Source: Dehalococcoidales bacterium
Lineage (GTDB): Bacteria > Chloroflexota > Dehalococcoidia > Dehalococcoidales > RBG-16-60-22
Direction: 5' to 3'
Assembly (NCBI GenBank): GCA_016926705.1
Contig: JAFGOC010000134.1
Location: 1-48,705, forward strand
Length of the DNA: 48,705 bases
The notes beneath the pieces are model-generated. The model was given only the letters and a program-made list of their open reading frames with translations. It did no database searches and was not told the origin of the DNA. Position 1 is the stretch's first letter; every line of letters starts with the position of its first letter. Position numbers and translations under genes: made by a program. Below, one piece after another: positions 47,336 through 48,705 of the stretch.

Positions 47336-48410
47336 ACAACACCTCCCCGATAAGCCCGGCATTTACTTTATCACTGACAACAGCATTGCCGAGCGACTTG
47401 AGTAGCACGAAGAAGATTTTATCATCGCGGACTTTTTTATCATGCCCGATGAGGTCGAGTAATTTTTCTTTCTCATCGCGGTTAAGCTCCGGCAGCTTCA
47501 CGGGCAGTCCGGCCTGACCGATAACCGCTTCCAGCTTCACGGCATCTTCTTCATTAAGCATGTCAAGGCGACGGGAAATTCTAGCCGCCGCAACCATGCC
47601 GATAGCCACGGCCTGACCGTGCTTAATCTGGAAGTCAGTGACGGCCTCCACAGCATGACCGACAGTATGACCGAAATTCAGTATTCGCCTCAAATCCGTA
47701 TCTTTTTCATCGGCTTCAACGATAGATGCTTTAATACGTACGTTTTTCTCAAGGATATCTCCCAGCACCGCCGTATCCAGCTGTGTAGCCCTTTGCATAT
47801 TCTCTTCGAGAAAATCGAATAATTTCCGGTCTTTGATGGCAGCACACTTAATGATTTCCGCCATGCCGCTGCTAAGCTCTTCCCTGGGGAGGGTCTTGAG
47901 GGTATCCAGGTCAGCGACGACCAGACCGGGCTGGTAAAAAGCCCCGACCATATTTTTAAGATTGAGGTGGTCGACGGCTGTCTTGCCACCGATACTGCTA
48001 TCAGCCATGGCCAGAAGCGTGGTCGGCACCTGAACCAGGGGAACTCCGCGCATATAGGTGGCAGCGACAAACCCAGCCAGGTCGCCGATAACACCCCCAC
48101 CCAGCGCCAGCACGGGAGAAGTCCTCTCGGCAAAAGCCTCGGCCATTCTCTGGTAGAGTCGGCCAGCATTGGCCAGGGTCTTCTGCTCCTCGCCCGGGGG
48201 CACTTCAAGGACAGTCACCTTGAAGCCGGCAGCAGCCAGACCACGTTCCAACGCATCAGCATAAAGCTGCCTGACAGTGGTATCCGTAATAATAACGGCT
48301 TTACCGGAGAAATTTCTTTCCTTCAGCCATAGACCGATGCGCGGCAACAGGCCGGAACCGATAATAATTTCATAGCTGTTTTTACCGAGTTCAACTTTGA
48401 CCCTAATCAT
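47316..48410 (-). CDS. aroB: 3-dehydroquinate synthase
   Basis: GE..K, GGGVIGDLAGF, PTTLLA..DSSIGGKT, LNFGHT.GHA.E, HG.AVAIGM, DKK. Confidence 0.97.
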   Translation of the reverse strand: MIRVKVELGKNSYEIIIGSGLLPRIGLWLKERNFSGKAVIITDTTVRQLYADALERGLAAAGFKVTVLEVPPGEEQKTLANAGRLYQRMAEAFAERTSPVLALGGGVIGDLAGFVAATYMRGVPLVQVPTTLLAMADSSIGGKTAVDHLNLKNMVGAFYQPGLVVADLDTLKTLPREELSSGMAEIIKCAAIKDRKLFDFLEENMQRATQLDTAVLGDILEKNVRIKASIVEADEKDTDLRRILNFGHTVGHAVEAVTDFQIKHGQAVAIGMVAAARISRRLDMLNEEDAVKLEAVIGQAGLPVKLPELNRDEKEKLLDLIGHDKKVRDDKIFFVLLKSLGNAVVSDKVNAGLIGEVLFGWQSA

Positions 48411-48543
48411 TTATGTAATTTTACCTTTACTCATGGTGTATTGCAATAATATTTAACGCAGATTTCCTGCTATAATCAGGGTGATTTATCAGTTTATAAG
48501 AGAATTACGAACAAATTATGTGAATAATTACTAGGCAAAGATG

Positions 48544-48573
48544 TTGACAGACAGTATCAAGATATGTTACATT
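48544..48573 (+). promoter_or_regulatory. Putative sigma70 promoter for a gene beyond the window
   Basis: TTGACA-18 bp-TACATT with extended TG; downstream hairpin aatggatgggc/gctcatccatt near 48655-48680. Confidence 0.4.
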
Positions 48574-48705
48574 TAATGTTTGGTACTAAAGAATTCAGTA
48601 AAAGTAGATAGATAGAGCTGAACAACCTCTCTCTATCACATTACAAGAATTCGCAATGGATGGGCTTTGGCTCATCCATTATAGTTGTAAGGGGGGCAGA
48701 AAAAG

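Overview
The gene content and protein features suggest a Dehalococcoidia-like (Chloroflexota) chromosome; this is an inference. Most of the window is housekeeping: tupABC, an SDR plus thiolase, corA-yhhQ, nnr-coaX-coaBC, valS, secA, prs, cysM, glyA, pyrG-tal-rho and an aroB-D-E-K-A-C-pheA operon, with many REP-like palindromes in the intergenic spaces. The first ~5.9 kb is an AT-rich accessory region at the 3' end of a tRNA(CAT) gene (5841-5915, minus strand). The 3' half of that tRNA recurs twice: a perfect 46-bp copy at 1957-2002 and a decayed copy at 1415-1454. These copies divide the region into co-oriented cassettes: a PIN gene, a GIY-YIG gene, and a 4-gene operon (MTase-like, SplB-like radical SAM, ParB-like, wHTH-like) that has a LexA-type box. 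Each cassette's last stop codon lies at an att-like copy, and a truncated tyrosine integrase points away from the array, giving an integron-like, tRNA-anchored cassette stack. Other oddities are a solo Z1 helicase-like gene inserted tightly behind secA, a CoaX with several substituted catalytic motifs, an ECF sigma-DUF151 fusion that keeps an internal ribosome-binding site, a hydrolase gene bracketed by a duplicated promoter, and a probable ATT start codon.
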